Shown in pieces: positions 1 through 10,270 of a stretch of DNA of 35,329 nucleotides. This DNA is from Corallochytrium limacisporum Hawaii (lineage: Eukaryota; Protista; Pluriformea). The notes beneath the pieces were generated by a model. The model worked only from the letters and a program-made list of their open reading frames with translations, searched no databases and had not been told where the DNA came from. Made by a program: the position numbers and the translations under genes. Position 1 is the first letter of the stretch; every line of letters starts with the position of its first letter. The stretch spans positions 49,658 to 84,986 of the forward strand of contig PDIP01000098.1 in assembly GCA_002811645.1 (NCBI GenBank), given 5' to 3'.

Positions 1-504
1 TTTGAACTCGGTTGGCGCGAATTTCTCCCTCCCTCCTTATTCCGGTTGATTAAATGTGATTTGGAGCAATATTTCGACGCAGAGGATAGTAGTATTTTAG
101 CTTTTTGGCTCTCGCTATTTGGATATACTTCCACGGGAGGGCACGGAAATTTTGCGAGGGAGGCTGGCTGCGACTGTTTGCGCCAGCTCGAGTTCGGTGA
201 GGAGTCCGTGTACGATCCTCCCGCTCATTCTTGCGATAACAAGCGCATACAAAGGCGTGCACAGGAAAGAACGACGAATGGTAGAAGAGTATCAAAGATA
301 TGTGTGAGAACAGAAACAAAGATACAGGAACATGACTATTGAGAACGGGAGAAGAAGAGCTTCATAGTGGCCATTGGACAACTAACGAAGAGTTGATCAG
401 AGAAACCTGATCGCAATGGAGTGTCTGACCTGAATAGCCGGATAGCGTCCTTTAGGGGATGGTAGAATGAGACAGGTTCTATATATTTCTTGAATAACAG
501 AGCT

Positions 505-1770
505 ATGAGTTCACTTGCTATTGCAACCATACAGAGATACCCAGATGGCTTGGCGCTAGTATCCTCTGGGAATCAGGACCATATCCCGCCAGACCTAAGA
601 AGGGTTTTGAAACTGCTTTCTCGTAGGATCGGGCAGTTGATGCACCGGACGAGTGACCGTGGATGTATTGTTCTCACGGCCGATGGAAAGGCTGATGGCA
701 AGCACCCCGCATTTTACTATCAAATCAGGGGCCAAATCAGCATCATTGTGTTCCTCTTTCCCGGGGGAAACTCACTGGCTCCGGCCACCGGGTGGACCCT
801 GTGCGCAGAAGGCATCAAGGCATTCTACTCGCACGTCAACTCAAGTGCGGTAGCGTCGGTACAGAGACCACACTCGTTCATGAGCATTGAACCAACTATG
901 CGTGCGATAGTTGAACAGTTTCTGTTTCAACAGACCCTCCCGCAAGTGGCTATGGCCTTGAATACGTCCGGGAATGAGACCTACGCACAGCCACCACCAG
1001 TGATGTCTCTTTACGAATGTCTAGGCAATGACTGTCCTGTGGAATACATTCCCGAGCAAGTCCGACAAGCATTATATGAGAACAGTCTAATGCCCTCGAA
1101 AACGGCGCAGAATACAAATGGTTCATCGGGGTACGGACCACGAGACTATCAGGATATGACAAGCGTGCCTCTGCATAATGATCTCTCGCAGGCCAGTTCA
1201 CCGGTCCGCATCCCGCACGATTCTCGATCCGGTCGGACCGTGCTTGGTGGTATGGGCGTAGGTTTGAATCGATTTGCGACAGACGGTAGTGAGAGTCTGG
1301 CGAGCATGGTAATGAACGGGAAGTCGTTGAGGACCGATCAGGGCAATTGGGACAACGGGCGCATCCTGTCCGTCCTCCTGATGATTCTCGTAGTGGCAGA
1401 ATCATTGGCGCAGGCTTTAAACAGGCGGATCGAAGCGGTACCCATATTTGAACTGGATGTCACGCATCCACACAAAGTCCCAGGCGAGAAGGCTTTTGTC
1501 GCCTACCACGCTAGCTTTGGAGCCACAGCCCTCCTGCTGGCATACGCCCTCGTCCGGAACGTCTTCTGGCGCATGGTGCCGGCCATACTCCTTCTGTTCA
1601 TGCTCACTACGCGGCTCATGTGTGTATATTACTACGACTACTACTGGGAATGGCACACAGAAACGCTCCAGGCCATTGCCGTACTGTGGATCCTGGCCCG
1701 CGAGTATTCAGCCGGTACGTTTAGCAGTAGCTCTGGACAGATGTCTGGTCAGGGACGACACAGAGATTAA
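505..1770 (+). CDS. SEC22A/SEC22C-like longin-domain multi-pass membrane trafficking protein (no SNARE coiled coil evident)
   Basis: N-terminal longin signature (IQRYPDGLALVSS ~ Sec22 RVxDGLPL; KLLSRRI; RPHSFMSIEP ~ RPYxFIEFD). C-terminal 3-4 hydrophobic segments, with FGATALLLAYALV..VFWRMV resembling the SEC22A TM region. First ATG is at 505; the track ORF starts at TTG 490. Confidence 0.75.
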   Translation: MSSLAIATIQRYPDGLALVSSGNQDHIPPDLRRVLKLLSRRIGQLMHRTSDRGCIVLTADGKADGKHPAFYYQIRGQISIIVFLFPGGNSLAPATGWTLCAEGIKAFYSHVNSSAVASVQRPHSFMSIEPTMRAIVEQFLFQQTLPQVAMALNTSGNETYAQPPPVMSLYECLGNDCPVEYIPEQVRQALYENSLMPSKTAQNTNGSSGYGPRDYQDMTSVPLHNDLSQASSPVRIPHDSRSGRTVLGGMGVGLNRFATDGSESLASMVMNGKSLRTDQGNWDNGRILSVLLMILVVAESLAQALNRRIEAVPIFELDVTHPHKVPGEKAFVAYHASFGATALLLAYALVRNVFWRMVPAILLLFMLTTRLMCVYYYDYYWEWHTETLQAIAVLWILAREYSAGTFSSSSGQMSGQGRHRD

Positions 1771-1813
1771 ACCGATACATTAGTGCTTCATTTATTTCGT
1801 TCATGCGTGTATG

Positions 1814-2152
1814 TCAGGGGCCCTCTTTGCTCTCATCCTTATGCTCTTCAAGTGCAACTAGAAGCTCCTTGACATGCAGCTTCCCGTGGCAAATCTTGTG
1901 GTTCCTAACATGGATCACGGGGACTGTCTCCGCGTAATCCTTCTTGGCCCAACCAAGTGGACCGTCCACTGAAAGTTCGTCAATGTTGACGATCCCTATC
2001 CGAAACGGTCTGGAGTTTTGTAGTTTTACTAGTTGGGAATAGGCAGTATCACATGGTGCGCAATTATGCTTCTTGAAGATCCACACCGGAGTCCCCGAGC
2101 CCAGTGAATGTGTGTTGAATCTCCGTACAGTTGTCGTTAGTAATCCACTCAT
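1814..2152 (-). CDS. Glutaredoxin-like protein (DUF836; C5orf63/YDR286C family), probable mitochondrial presequence
   Basis: CxxC (NCAPCD) after a beta strand, VNID, and a W...Y..TVPVIHV cis-Pro motif. N-terminus is rich in Thr/Arg and lacks acidic residues. Confidence 0.8.
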   Translation of the reverse strand: MSGLLTTTVRRFNTHSLGSGTPVWIFKKHNCAPCDTAYSQLVKLQNSRPFRIGIVNIDELSVDGPLGWAKKDYAETVPVIHVRNHKICHGKLHVKELLVALEEHKDESKEGP

Positions 2153-2409
2153 GGGTTCTGTCCAGTAAACATTTTAATCTTTCTCTTGTTCCTGTCTTTT
2201 CCTACTGCTACTCGTCATTCAGCTGGACAAAGACTTTATGAACCTTTGCGTTTTCTGATTCTATTTGCTCAACATCTCGGCCGAGATCCGGGGTGGGGAA
2301 GGGGAGGGCCCCCAACCCGCCACAAGTTTACTTTGCAGAAAGCTATGATGATGTATGGAGAATATTATGGACGAATAATTGTGTGATTTTGAAAATGATG
2401 GCGATGACT

Positions 2410-3438
2410 TTAGACGATAGAGTCAGCGTCCGAGCCCAGGCTAGCATTCTCGTATACATCGTTGCTTCTCTGGGCGTCTTGGTATACATGCGATTCATCA
2501 ATGGCATACGGGGACGCCCTGTTGATCCTGTTCGCACTGTCGTACATGTCCGCAGTAGCATCGATGTCCAGGTTTCGGATTGAAGACGTGGAAGGCTGGC
2601 TCTCCTTGCTTGTCCGCAGCTTCCTTCTCCCGGGCGAACCAGAAGATTCCAGTCCTGACCCCATCCATGCACTGTCGTATCCATCGGTGACATTGTTGAA
2701 ATAACCTTGGCTTGCCATGCTTCTCTGAATGAGATCAGCGTCTGTCTGGTTCTTGCTGTCGGTGCCCTGCTTGCGCTTGCGGATGAACAACACGGCAAAT
2801 ACTACAGTAGTGACCAGGGCCAACCCACCGACTACCCCCAGAACCGGAATCAGCCACTCCTCTGTAGAATTGCCACTGCTCTGGTCATCCTCTTCATTCG
2901 ATATTTCTGCGTTGTCGATGGCGAGAACGGAAATGTCTTGATCTGAAAAAGCGACGTTGTAAAAACCCTCATTGTACGCTTTAGTAACAGCAGCGAGAGT
3001 GTGTTCCTTATCACAAACTTCCTTCAACATCTCGTCATAGATAAGGATGTGAAGATCAGTGTCCTGGGCAGCATCGGCCATTACAGCAATACTACCTGGG
3101 ACCACTGCAAACCCACACAGTTCCTCTGAGGACGAGATCATTCTGAAACCTGCAGAGGTGGCAGTCCGAATGCTTGATACGACGTCTTCGCGATTCAAGT
3201 AAGTGACCAATGCACTCGTCTCGGTGCTGCTGGCCAGAGTCATGATCACTTCAGAGTCTATGTACATGCTGAACAATTCATCTACATCGTCAATGCTTGG
3301 TCCTTCTAAGTCAATGTCACCATCGTCATCGTCAGTGCTATTGTCAGTAGAGTTGCTTGCGTGCGTCCCGAGGGTGAACGAAAGTGCGAGAATGGCGAAT
3401 ATGGCCAGTAGCCGATTCCAACGCAATCTACCAGCCAT
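2410..3438 (-). CDS. Type I single-pass membrane protein with Tyr-motif cytoplasmic tail; no catalytic domain
   Basis: Signal peptide (MAGRLRWNRLLAIFAILALSFTLGTHA), NST sequons, TM LIPVLGVVGGLALVTTVVFAVLFI followed by RKRK. Tail carries YFNN, YDSA x2, YAID, YQDA, YENA and ends in -DSIV. ATG at 3438. Confidence 0.8.
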   Translation of the reverse strand: MAGRLRWNRLLAIFAILALSFTLGTHASNSTDNSTDDDDGDIDLEGPSIDDVDELFSMYIDSEVIMTLASSTETSALVTYLNREDVVSSIRTATSAGFRMISSSEELCGFAVVPGSIAVMADAAQDTDLHILIYDEMLKEVCDKEHTLAAVTKAYNEGFYNVAFSDQDISVLAIDNAEISNEEDDQSSGNSTEEWLIPVLGVVGGLALVTTVVFAVLFIRKRKQGTDSKNQTDADLIQRSMASQGYFNNVTDGYDSAWMGSGLESSGSPGRRKLRTSKESQPSTSSIRNLDIDATADMYDSANRINRASPYAIDESHVYQDAQRSNDVYENASLGSDADSIV

Positions 3439-4062
3439 TTTGTCTGTCGTGATCTGTAAATTGTGCAACACCCGAGGAATCTCTGATTGATTCCCGCCAG
3501 TTCTACTGTGACACCAGGGACATAAAGCCCTTAACTACCATCCGAAGTGTCCCAATACATGGGATCAATTCCAAAACGGCAAATCACATTCACCACCCCC
3601 AGTACTGCTCGGAGTGCAGACTTGGCTGTAGGCCCCCACGGTCGCAACGCAACAAAAGGTACGAGCGCTTGCGGGTGTGACCGCGGCAAGCCGACTTTCA
3701 CTATGGAAAATATAGGGACATTTTTCTACACCAGCCAAAGCCATCTCGCGATGAGAGGGAGACCTACTTGGAGCTTTCTCGTTTCCGAATCTTTCCTCTC
3801 GCTGGCCTGTTTCGTCGCACCGCTTAACGCCACCAGTCTGAATCAAAACCCAACGACACACAACCGTATCGTCCCTCAGCATCTGCGTGTACTTATGATA
3901 CGCCTTCTTGTGCTTAAAATTTGCGTATTGTGTGTGTGTACACATGTCAAGAAGATGGGAGAGAGGGTGTGAGCTAAATTACTGTCGTACGTATCTGTCG
4001 GATCATGCTCACACACACGAACACACCCGCAGCAACAGAGAGGCCACCCGGGGAGGGGTGGG

Positions 4063-4102
<40 letters not shown>

Positions 4103-4111
4103 GAGCAGAGA
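4063..4111 (+). repeat. (GA)n/(GAGACA)n microsatellite
   Basis: gagagagagagagagagacagagacagagacagagagagagagcagaga. Confidence 0.9.
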
Positions 4112-4662
4112 AGGGTGGGTAGGTACCCTTGTGTAGCCTACGACCGATTGTAACAGTACCTTTCGTGTCCGCGCACTGTGCTAACGTCACCTGATTCTTC
4201 GAAAAGGTGGGATTCTCCTCAGTATTCTTCTACTGCCAGAACACAGAGAAATACAAAGAAATCTCTCCCCTCTTTCTCCGTTATGAACAAACTCCCCGGG
4301 GGGGGGGGAGGGAGGCCCCATTCCGCCTTCGTCAAGCCGTGACCATATTCGGACACCTCCGACGTTGTCTCCAAGGCGTATTTGGACCTGTTCAGAGTTC
4401 AATATAGAAATCATCCACCTCTCTTTTTGCAGCGGTAATTTGTGATCGATTTCTTTTTTGTGTTCTACTTCCAATTTGGTCCAAGGGCAAAAAGGAAAAA
4501 AAGAAAACAACAAATCCAAACCCCCCCCCCTTCCTTCCCCCCGGGGGCGCACGCCCCCTGCCTCTCTCCTCCCTTCCCTGTTCTCTCCCTCACTACTATG
4601 TGTGGGTCTGTCGGCGCGGCTTGGTCTCCCGTGATGCACACGTAGAAGAGAGTGAGTAGTGC

Positions 4663-4688
4663 GTGTGTGTGTGTGTGTAGGGTGTGTG
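4663..4688 (+). repeat. (GT)n microsatellite
   Basis: gtgtgtgtgtgtgtgtagggtgtgtg. Confidence 0.85.
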
Positions 4689-6909
4689 GTTGGCGGCCGC
4701 GCCCCAAAAGGGAGGAAGGAAGGGGGGGGAGAGAGAGAAAAAAGAGGGAGAAGGAGTATAGGATTTCTACCAACAATTACTCTGCGGATGGCAGGGGTAT
4801 GGGTACTGGCCGTGCCGGTCGTGTATTCTCCATAAAAGGAGGGGGGTTCAGCGGAAATCAGGGTTAGAAGGTAGAGAGTGTGGGGGCCACCAAGGCGTTG
4901 AAAAAAGTTCCATGCCAGCTGCTTATGCCTAATATATTATTAACACGGTCTACGTGTGTTCCCGGAACGAAAATGAATTAGCTCGCCACCGCCAGAGGCG
5001 CTTTCTCTGCTTGTACGATCGCACCAAACGGTTCACATGCACCGAATAGTCAAGGCTTTCGGAACACGATGATGACTTGAAAGCAGCGGGAGGCAGTGCA
5101 GTTGCAGCTGCAGGTCTGGACACGGCTCAGACCTGAACATTGATCATGCACCCTATAGAAACTGACTACGACAGGGGCCGCATATCTAACTGTAGGGAGT
5201 ACATGCCCACTGTATCCGTCAATATCCTCTCTGACTGTGTGTGTCAGTACAAGTGAATTGGCGGTTGAGTTAGTGTGCTCGTTTGCAAGTTGCTTGGGTT
5301 TCATTGAACAAGCCCCAAGCCAGGACCGGCGTTCGGGGTTCAGTATCCAAGGACGATGAGCCGAGTAGGAAAGAAATTGTGGTTCCTACAGATAACACCA
5401 GTACGGACCAGATATTTTCCCGAAGTACATTAGGTACCGGAATGCGGGTATCGAGCAAGCACCAACTCCGAGCAGAGGATGGGACCCCGGATTTTGCTGG
5501 CCCCGACTGCCATCAATATCACAGGTCCATTAGTAGGAAACAGGGTCTGTTGCTCTACCGCACCAGAGTGAATGGAATGCTAGAGATTTGTGAAATCAGT
5601 GCACGCGGATGGAAACTGCCACAGTGGACAGTAGATCTGGTGGAGCTTAGCTGCGACCCACACCGTATGGAACATCATGAACTCTGGTTGACGACAGGAG
5701 AATCTCACGGCGGACAGACTCTGCACAGTTGGATTGGTGGATGTGTCTCACCTGTGGGAAGTTTGGCTCACTTGTGTGTTCCAAACCGCTGGATTACTAT
5801 GTTATTCCCGTTCCATGCTGAAAGGGACTACTACAGGTCGACTGGACGGCCCCAATAACCCACCTGCCGGAAAAACCATGGCCACACATTCCGAACCACT
5901 TTGCTCTCTAGCCGGTTCCTCGCTGCCGTAGGAAGGGAGGGTTGTCGCGGGGGTGCTTGACAACAGGCTAGAGACCATAGTTAATGTACTACTGCTGATG
6001 GCCCCAAGTGACGAAAAGTTAAAATGTTTCTTCCTATCAACCGCCATGGGACGGCGGGTTGGGCAGTGACAGATTTGTTTTCTCATGCTTGCCTTCGTTC
6101 CATCAGCACCGCGCAGTATTTGACAAGATGTGGCCCATAGTCTCACCATAACCTTGGCACGTTCTCATGGTTTATAAACATCTGGTTCGGCAGTCATTTT
6201 GACTGTGCTTCATGCCTCTTCCTCGCAAACCGGTGTCCTCACCATTGTGCCTGGCACATTGAGCCAATGAGAGGGCAGGAAAGTTCGACCCATCTTTTTG
6301 CGTCCACGACGGCACTTAATGTACCAGAGAGCGGCAACTTAGGGAGAACCGGTTTGCTTCCCACATTTTGATTCTGGCCGTGGCATCTCGATAAATTTTC
6401 AACTTATGGTTGAACTATCCACCAACATGCCAGTTGAAACATCATCAATTTATCTGCAGCACATTTGAGTCTTGAACGTGTCTAGTCCACTTCTGCGAAG
6501 GATACCATATTGCTGGGAACATTGGTACCATTCTCTGCAGAAGGGGGAGCAGCCTATACAGCTTTCCCCTTGAGACGTCACAAAGCATGATCCTCTGTGT
6601 AGTATGGAAATTTATTCCGCAATGTGCAAACTTCCCATTAGGAGATGCTGTGTCAACTTATGATGAGATTTCCATGCGTGCGTCATTCGAGTGAAAACGG
6701 TGCTTCAAAGTCGTTGTTTTCTCGAGAACGAGGAAAGCTACTTGGAGCGTGAAACTTTCAGTCAAAAGCGTAATTAAATGATCTCACTGTAACGACCTAT
6801 ATATTTGAACACAACATAGACATGTATACCTAATGGTCGGTAGGTTGACATATGTGTACAAGGATTATGATTTGACAGACTAGTACACGACACCAAGACA
6901 GACAAAGCT

Positions 6910-8865
6910 ATGGAAAAGCTCGGGATTGCAGAAGGGGATTCTGGAACCCCCCAGGTAGCAGCGGCCAATGTATGCTCAACAAAGCCGGCTCGTCCGGGAA
7001 TGGCAATCCCTCAAAGGGCACCCATGAAAACGTTAAACCTTATGGCAATCAAGCACAAGGTGTCAACGCAGTTTGAGCAAAGCCAGCAGCGCTTGAGTAT
7101 GGACGACGATGAAACATTGAATGATCTCCTTGACAGTCAGGCTGAGGTGGAAATTCTGGGCGACCGTGTTGTTTCGCGTGTCTCTCTTGCTACTCCGTGT
7201 TCGTTGTCAGCAAACACCCTCACCGAAGGAGACGAGTATGGCTCCGTGGACGAAGCCGACTATACATACACAGACGCAGATTACGGTGTGAAGCAGGGAG
7301 GATCTTATGAAGACGCGTACTATGAGGCCGATGACGCCAAGGGTTTGAACGGTACATACAACGCGGGTGCTAACGAGGGCCGAGAGCCGGTTGCTCCTCG
7401 GAAAATTGCAGCAGTAAACCCCGGGGACGATGGCGTCTACGGTGATGTTGACGACCACCAATACGATAAACCTGACGAGGACGGAGCATATGGTGAAGTA
7501 GATGACATCGCGGCCAAGCATGAGTATAAAGAGGTGGCCTCCGTGAACGGTCATGATGAAGAACGCGATGCGTACCCTGAGCTGGAGGATTCTATTGGTC
7601 CAGTGTCTTCCATCGTAAGCAGCACTCATGCACCATCGTGCACAAATTCCATTTACGCCAGTACACTCTATGAGGACCCTGCGGACGACTATTCTCAGAC
7701 CGAAGTGTCTCGTGACACTAGTTTGAGCAATCGTCCCCTGCCCCAAACACCGATGGGCGCGCGGCACAGCCGTACTTCCTCATCAATGTCTGCCACTACC
7801 ATTCCCTTGCCTCCACGCAATCCTACTCTGACCAAACTCCAGCAGTTCTGTCCACCAGCAGTGAGCCGATCTGCATCCGAGTCCTCCATGCAGGGTGCCG
7901 TGAAGGTGAGCACCAAGATCTACACAACTCCGACCTACGGCGTGCCTAGCCTGCTCCGGGAAAGTGACACCGCCAGTACAATCATTCGACAGTTCGTGCA
8001 CGATGGCCTGGATCCCAAAAAGAACTGGGCCATGCAGGAATCTATTCCGGCCTTGGGTCTGGTGCGGGTAATCGAAGACCATGAGAACATCGCAAAAATT
8101 GGTGTGCGGTGGCCAGATGGCAACAGTGGGGAATCCACCTCTCATATTCGATTCTTAATGAAGGACTATGAGAAGAAATTCAAGCTACCTGACTGTATGA
8201 ACAGCTGGGACGAATCCCTCCCGAACTACATTGAGGCGTGTACAATAAATCGCCTGCAAAAGGATGGAAAGTTCAAAAAGCGCCACATCAAGTGCTGTGA
8301 AGAGAGCGGCAGCAAAGTTCTGTATAATGACAAAGGCAAGGGTAAGTTCAAAGAGTTGTGTGACCTCAGCGAACTCATCATCTACCACACCATAGGCTTC
8401 AAGGAGCGAATGGGTGCCCCCACTGATCGTTGCCTGGTTCTAGTGCCGAATTCGACACCTTACACATTGCGCACCAAGGCTATTGTTCTCTGCTTTGAGG
8501 ACGAGTACGCCATGAATAACGCTGTTGCCATCTTGCGCCGGGCAAAATATGGCAGACAGATTGCTGTGGACGAGACATATCACCAGAGTCTCCAGTCCAT
8601 TGCCCTACCTACACATGTCACGCACCACTTCAGTGGCCGTGGTAAGGCCACAGTGTCCAAGACACCGAGCAGCAGCTCTGCCGGAGTTATGCGTCCGGAT
8701 GCCCACATCACCGGTTCTATTCTTGCCGATCGCACTGCCAGCCGGACTGGCAGCGACAGGGCAGCAAAGGCGGCAAATCACAAATTTGAGAAGAAGCATC
8801 AGCGAAATATGTCCAGGTCTAGCAACCATTTGGCGGGCAACGGCAATGGACGTCGCCGCAAGTAA
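6910..8865 (+). CDS. RA-PH adaptor of the MRL (RIAM/Lamellipodin/Mig-10)/Grb7 superfamily with a Tyr-rich N-terminal region
   Basis: RA domain (NWAMQESIPALGLVRVIEDHENI ~ WCLYEIYPELQIERFFEDHENV). PH domain (IYHTIGFKERMGAPTDRCLVL ~ YYG...KYKAPTDYCFVL; LRRAKYG ~ IRIAKYG). No C-terminal SH2 seen. Confidence 0.8.
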   Translation: MEKLGIAEGDSGTPQVAAANVCSTKPARPGMAIPQRAPMKTLNLMAIKHKVSTQFEQSQQRLSMDDDETLNDLLDSQAEVEILGDRVVSRVSLATPCSLSANTLTEGDEYGSVDEADYTYTDADYGVKQGGSYEDAYYEADDAKGLNGTYNAGANEGREPVAPRKIAAVNPGDDGVYGDVDDHQYDKPDEDGAYGEVDDIAAKHEYKEVASVNGHDEERDAYPELEDSIGPVSSIVSSTHAPSCTNSIYASTLYEDPADDYSQTEVSRDTSLSNRPLPQTPMGARHSRTSSSMSATTIPLPPRNPTLTKLQQFCPPAVSRSASESSMQGAVKVSTKIYTTPTYGVPSLLRESDTASTIIRQFVHDGLDPKKNWAMQESIPALGLVRVIEDHENIAKIGVRWPDGNSGESTSHIRFLMKDYEKKFKLPDCMNSWDESLPNYIEACTINRLQKDGKFKKRHIKCCEESGSKVLYNDKGKGKFKELCDLSELIIYHTIGFKERMGAPTDRCLVLVPNSTPYTLRTKAIVLCFEDEYAMNNAVAILRRAKYGRQIAVDETYHQSLQSIALPTHVTHHFSGRGKATVSKTPSSSSAGVMRPDAHITGSILADRTASRTGSDRAAKAANHKFEKKHQRNMSRSSNHLAGNGNGRRRK

Positions 8866-8944
8866 GGCTATCTTCGTCATCGTCATCATTCATGTAAACT
8901 AAAAGATTCTAAATATCTATCATGTATTGCATTTGACGGATGAT

Positions 8945-10270
8945 TCAGTCCGTTCCAATGTATTTCAGGTCCTTGAAACAAAACTGTGTTCGGCAAGTTG
9001 GACAGGGCAAAGTCAAGCTATCCCACTCTTCCGGGGGTGGCATGCTGTCGCCTCGATTTGTTTGGCTGCTGAACCAAGCCGCCATGCAGTCAAGGCACCA
9101 CATCGGTCGACAGAGGCATCTTCCGCAAAGCGGACGACGACATCGTTTACGAATGCACACTTCAGGCGCTTCTTGCATACACCCCACACATTCGTCATCT
9201 ATCTGCAATTGGTCCGTGACGCGGGTGCCAAATATTTCGGGTAGGAGAGTGTCGCTTTCTCGACTGCTATTAAATTTGATCCGCCGATTGAATTCCTCAG
9301 CAAATTCCTCGCGTAGGGTCTGCAGAATGATGATCTGTCTCGTGTTTCTGATTTCGTTGTCTAAGGCGTCATGAATGGCTCGTAAGCGATCAGACCGCAA
9401 TGTTACTTTTACCGCACCGGACCACCTCGGATTCAGCGAGTCGATAAGTATGTCGACATACTGCACGGTGCCACCTCTTCCAACCGCAGACACATTTACG
9501 CCATGCCTGACATTGTGCCTGGGCGGAAGGTTGGTGCTAATGAGGGGTTTGATGGTACGCTCATCCACGATGCTTAGGTCGGCAGCATGGCGGGGAATAA
9601 CGTGAAGAGAATACGCAGTGTTGACCAAGATCCAACGCATTGTGATGCTGAGCTTTTGTGATGCCTGTGCGCTGGACTGTCCACTTCCCTGTAGATCGTG
9701 TCCCGTCCAACCCCGGTCTACAATAGCAGCCACCCTGTCAAAGTCTGACATGTCGTTATTGACCTGCGCGGCAATATGATACCATCCTTCACTGCTGTAC
9801 CAAGGCAGAGGACCTGTACGACTCTGATCCCGCTCCAAAGCCGCAAGGCCAGCCATTCGCCAGGCACTGGGATGCAGACTCAAGTGACGGAAGAACAAAA
9901 CGCTGGCCGTCACGAAGACTAATGACCCAATCATTCCAAGATAGGGTAGAGTCACAAATGTGAAGTGCATAAAGGCCGCTTCCTTGTACTTATACTGTCC
10001 TGTATCGCTCAGTAACAATGCAAAGAAACCAAAGGCCAGGGTGGCATGCATCCCAATTGTGGCGGCACTTCGTCGCAAATGATACTCGACATAGTTCCTG
10101 CTTATTGATCCCAGGTACGAACCGAGTATGCCTTCTACTGTCAAACCTGCACGTACAAAGGCTTCCGGTGGGAACACGAAGCACAATGCGACTGTCACAT
10201 ACGCTAGTAACCCAGCGCGGAAGGCGTCCAGTCCCTCAGAGCTCCGGCCCCAACCTGATCTCGCAAGCAT
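8945..10270 (-). CDS. TMEM129: TMEM129 ER E3 ubiquitin ligase (C4C4 RING)
   Basis: N-terminal CFVFPP..F..AGLTV..ILG..LGS...YHLRRSAAT. C-terminal CVGCMQ...CLCRPMWCLDCM..WF...CPTCR..FC..DL. Confidence 0.92.
   Translation of the reverse strand: MLARSGWGRSSEGLDAFRAGLLAYVTVALCFVFPPEAFVRAGLTVEGILGSYLGSISRNYVEYHLRRSAATIGMHATLAFGFFALLLSDTGQYKYKEAAFMHFTFVTLPYLGMIGSLVFVTASVLFFRHLSLHPSAWRMAGLAALERDQSRTGPLPWYSSEGWYHIAAQVNNDMSDFDRVAAIVDRGWTGHDLQGSGQSSAQASQKLSITMRWILVNTAYSLHVIPRHAADLSIVDERTIKPLISTNLPPRHNVRHGVNVSAVGRGGTVQYVDILIDSLNPRWSGAVKVTLRSDRLRAIHDALDNEIRNTRQIIILQTLREEFAEEFNRRIKFNSSRESDTLLPEIFGTRVTDQLQIDDECVGCMQEAPEVCIRKRCRRPLCGRCLCRPMWCLDCMAAWFSSQTNRGDSMPPPEEWDSLTLPCPTCRTQFCFKDLKYIGTD

Larger units (their letters stand above)
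4040..4890. promoter_or_regulatory. Low-complexity G/C-tract island, putative bidirectional promoter region of the receptor/RA-PH adaptor pair
   Basis: Poly-G/C tracts, CnGn palindromes (4294, 4537), A/T tracts and microsatellites between divergent genes. Confidence 0.5.

Noticed and set aside
395-460. AACCTGATC...TAGGGG, reminiscent of a TPP riboswitch 3' half
   Set aside because: No CTGAGA in a proper P2/P3 context, no matching TAAT..CC.GCG core, and the downstream gene is unrelated to thiamine.
3547-4867. Many overlapping ORFs in the low-complexity island
   Set aside because: Translations of microsatellites and homopolymers; the same applies to 15340-17308, 20368-21019 and 34144-34735.
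5283-5858. 191-aa ORF
   Set aside because: TTG start, no recognisable motif, composition typical of non-coding frames.
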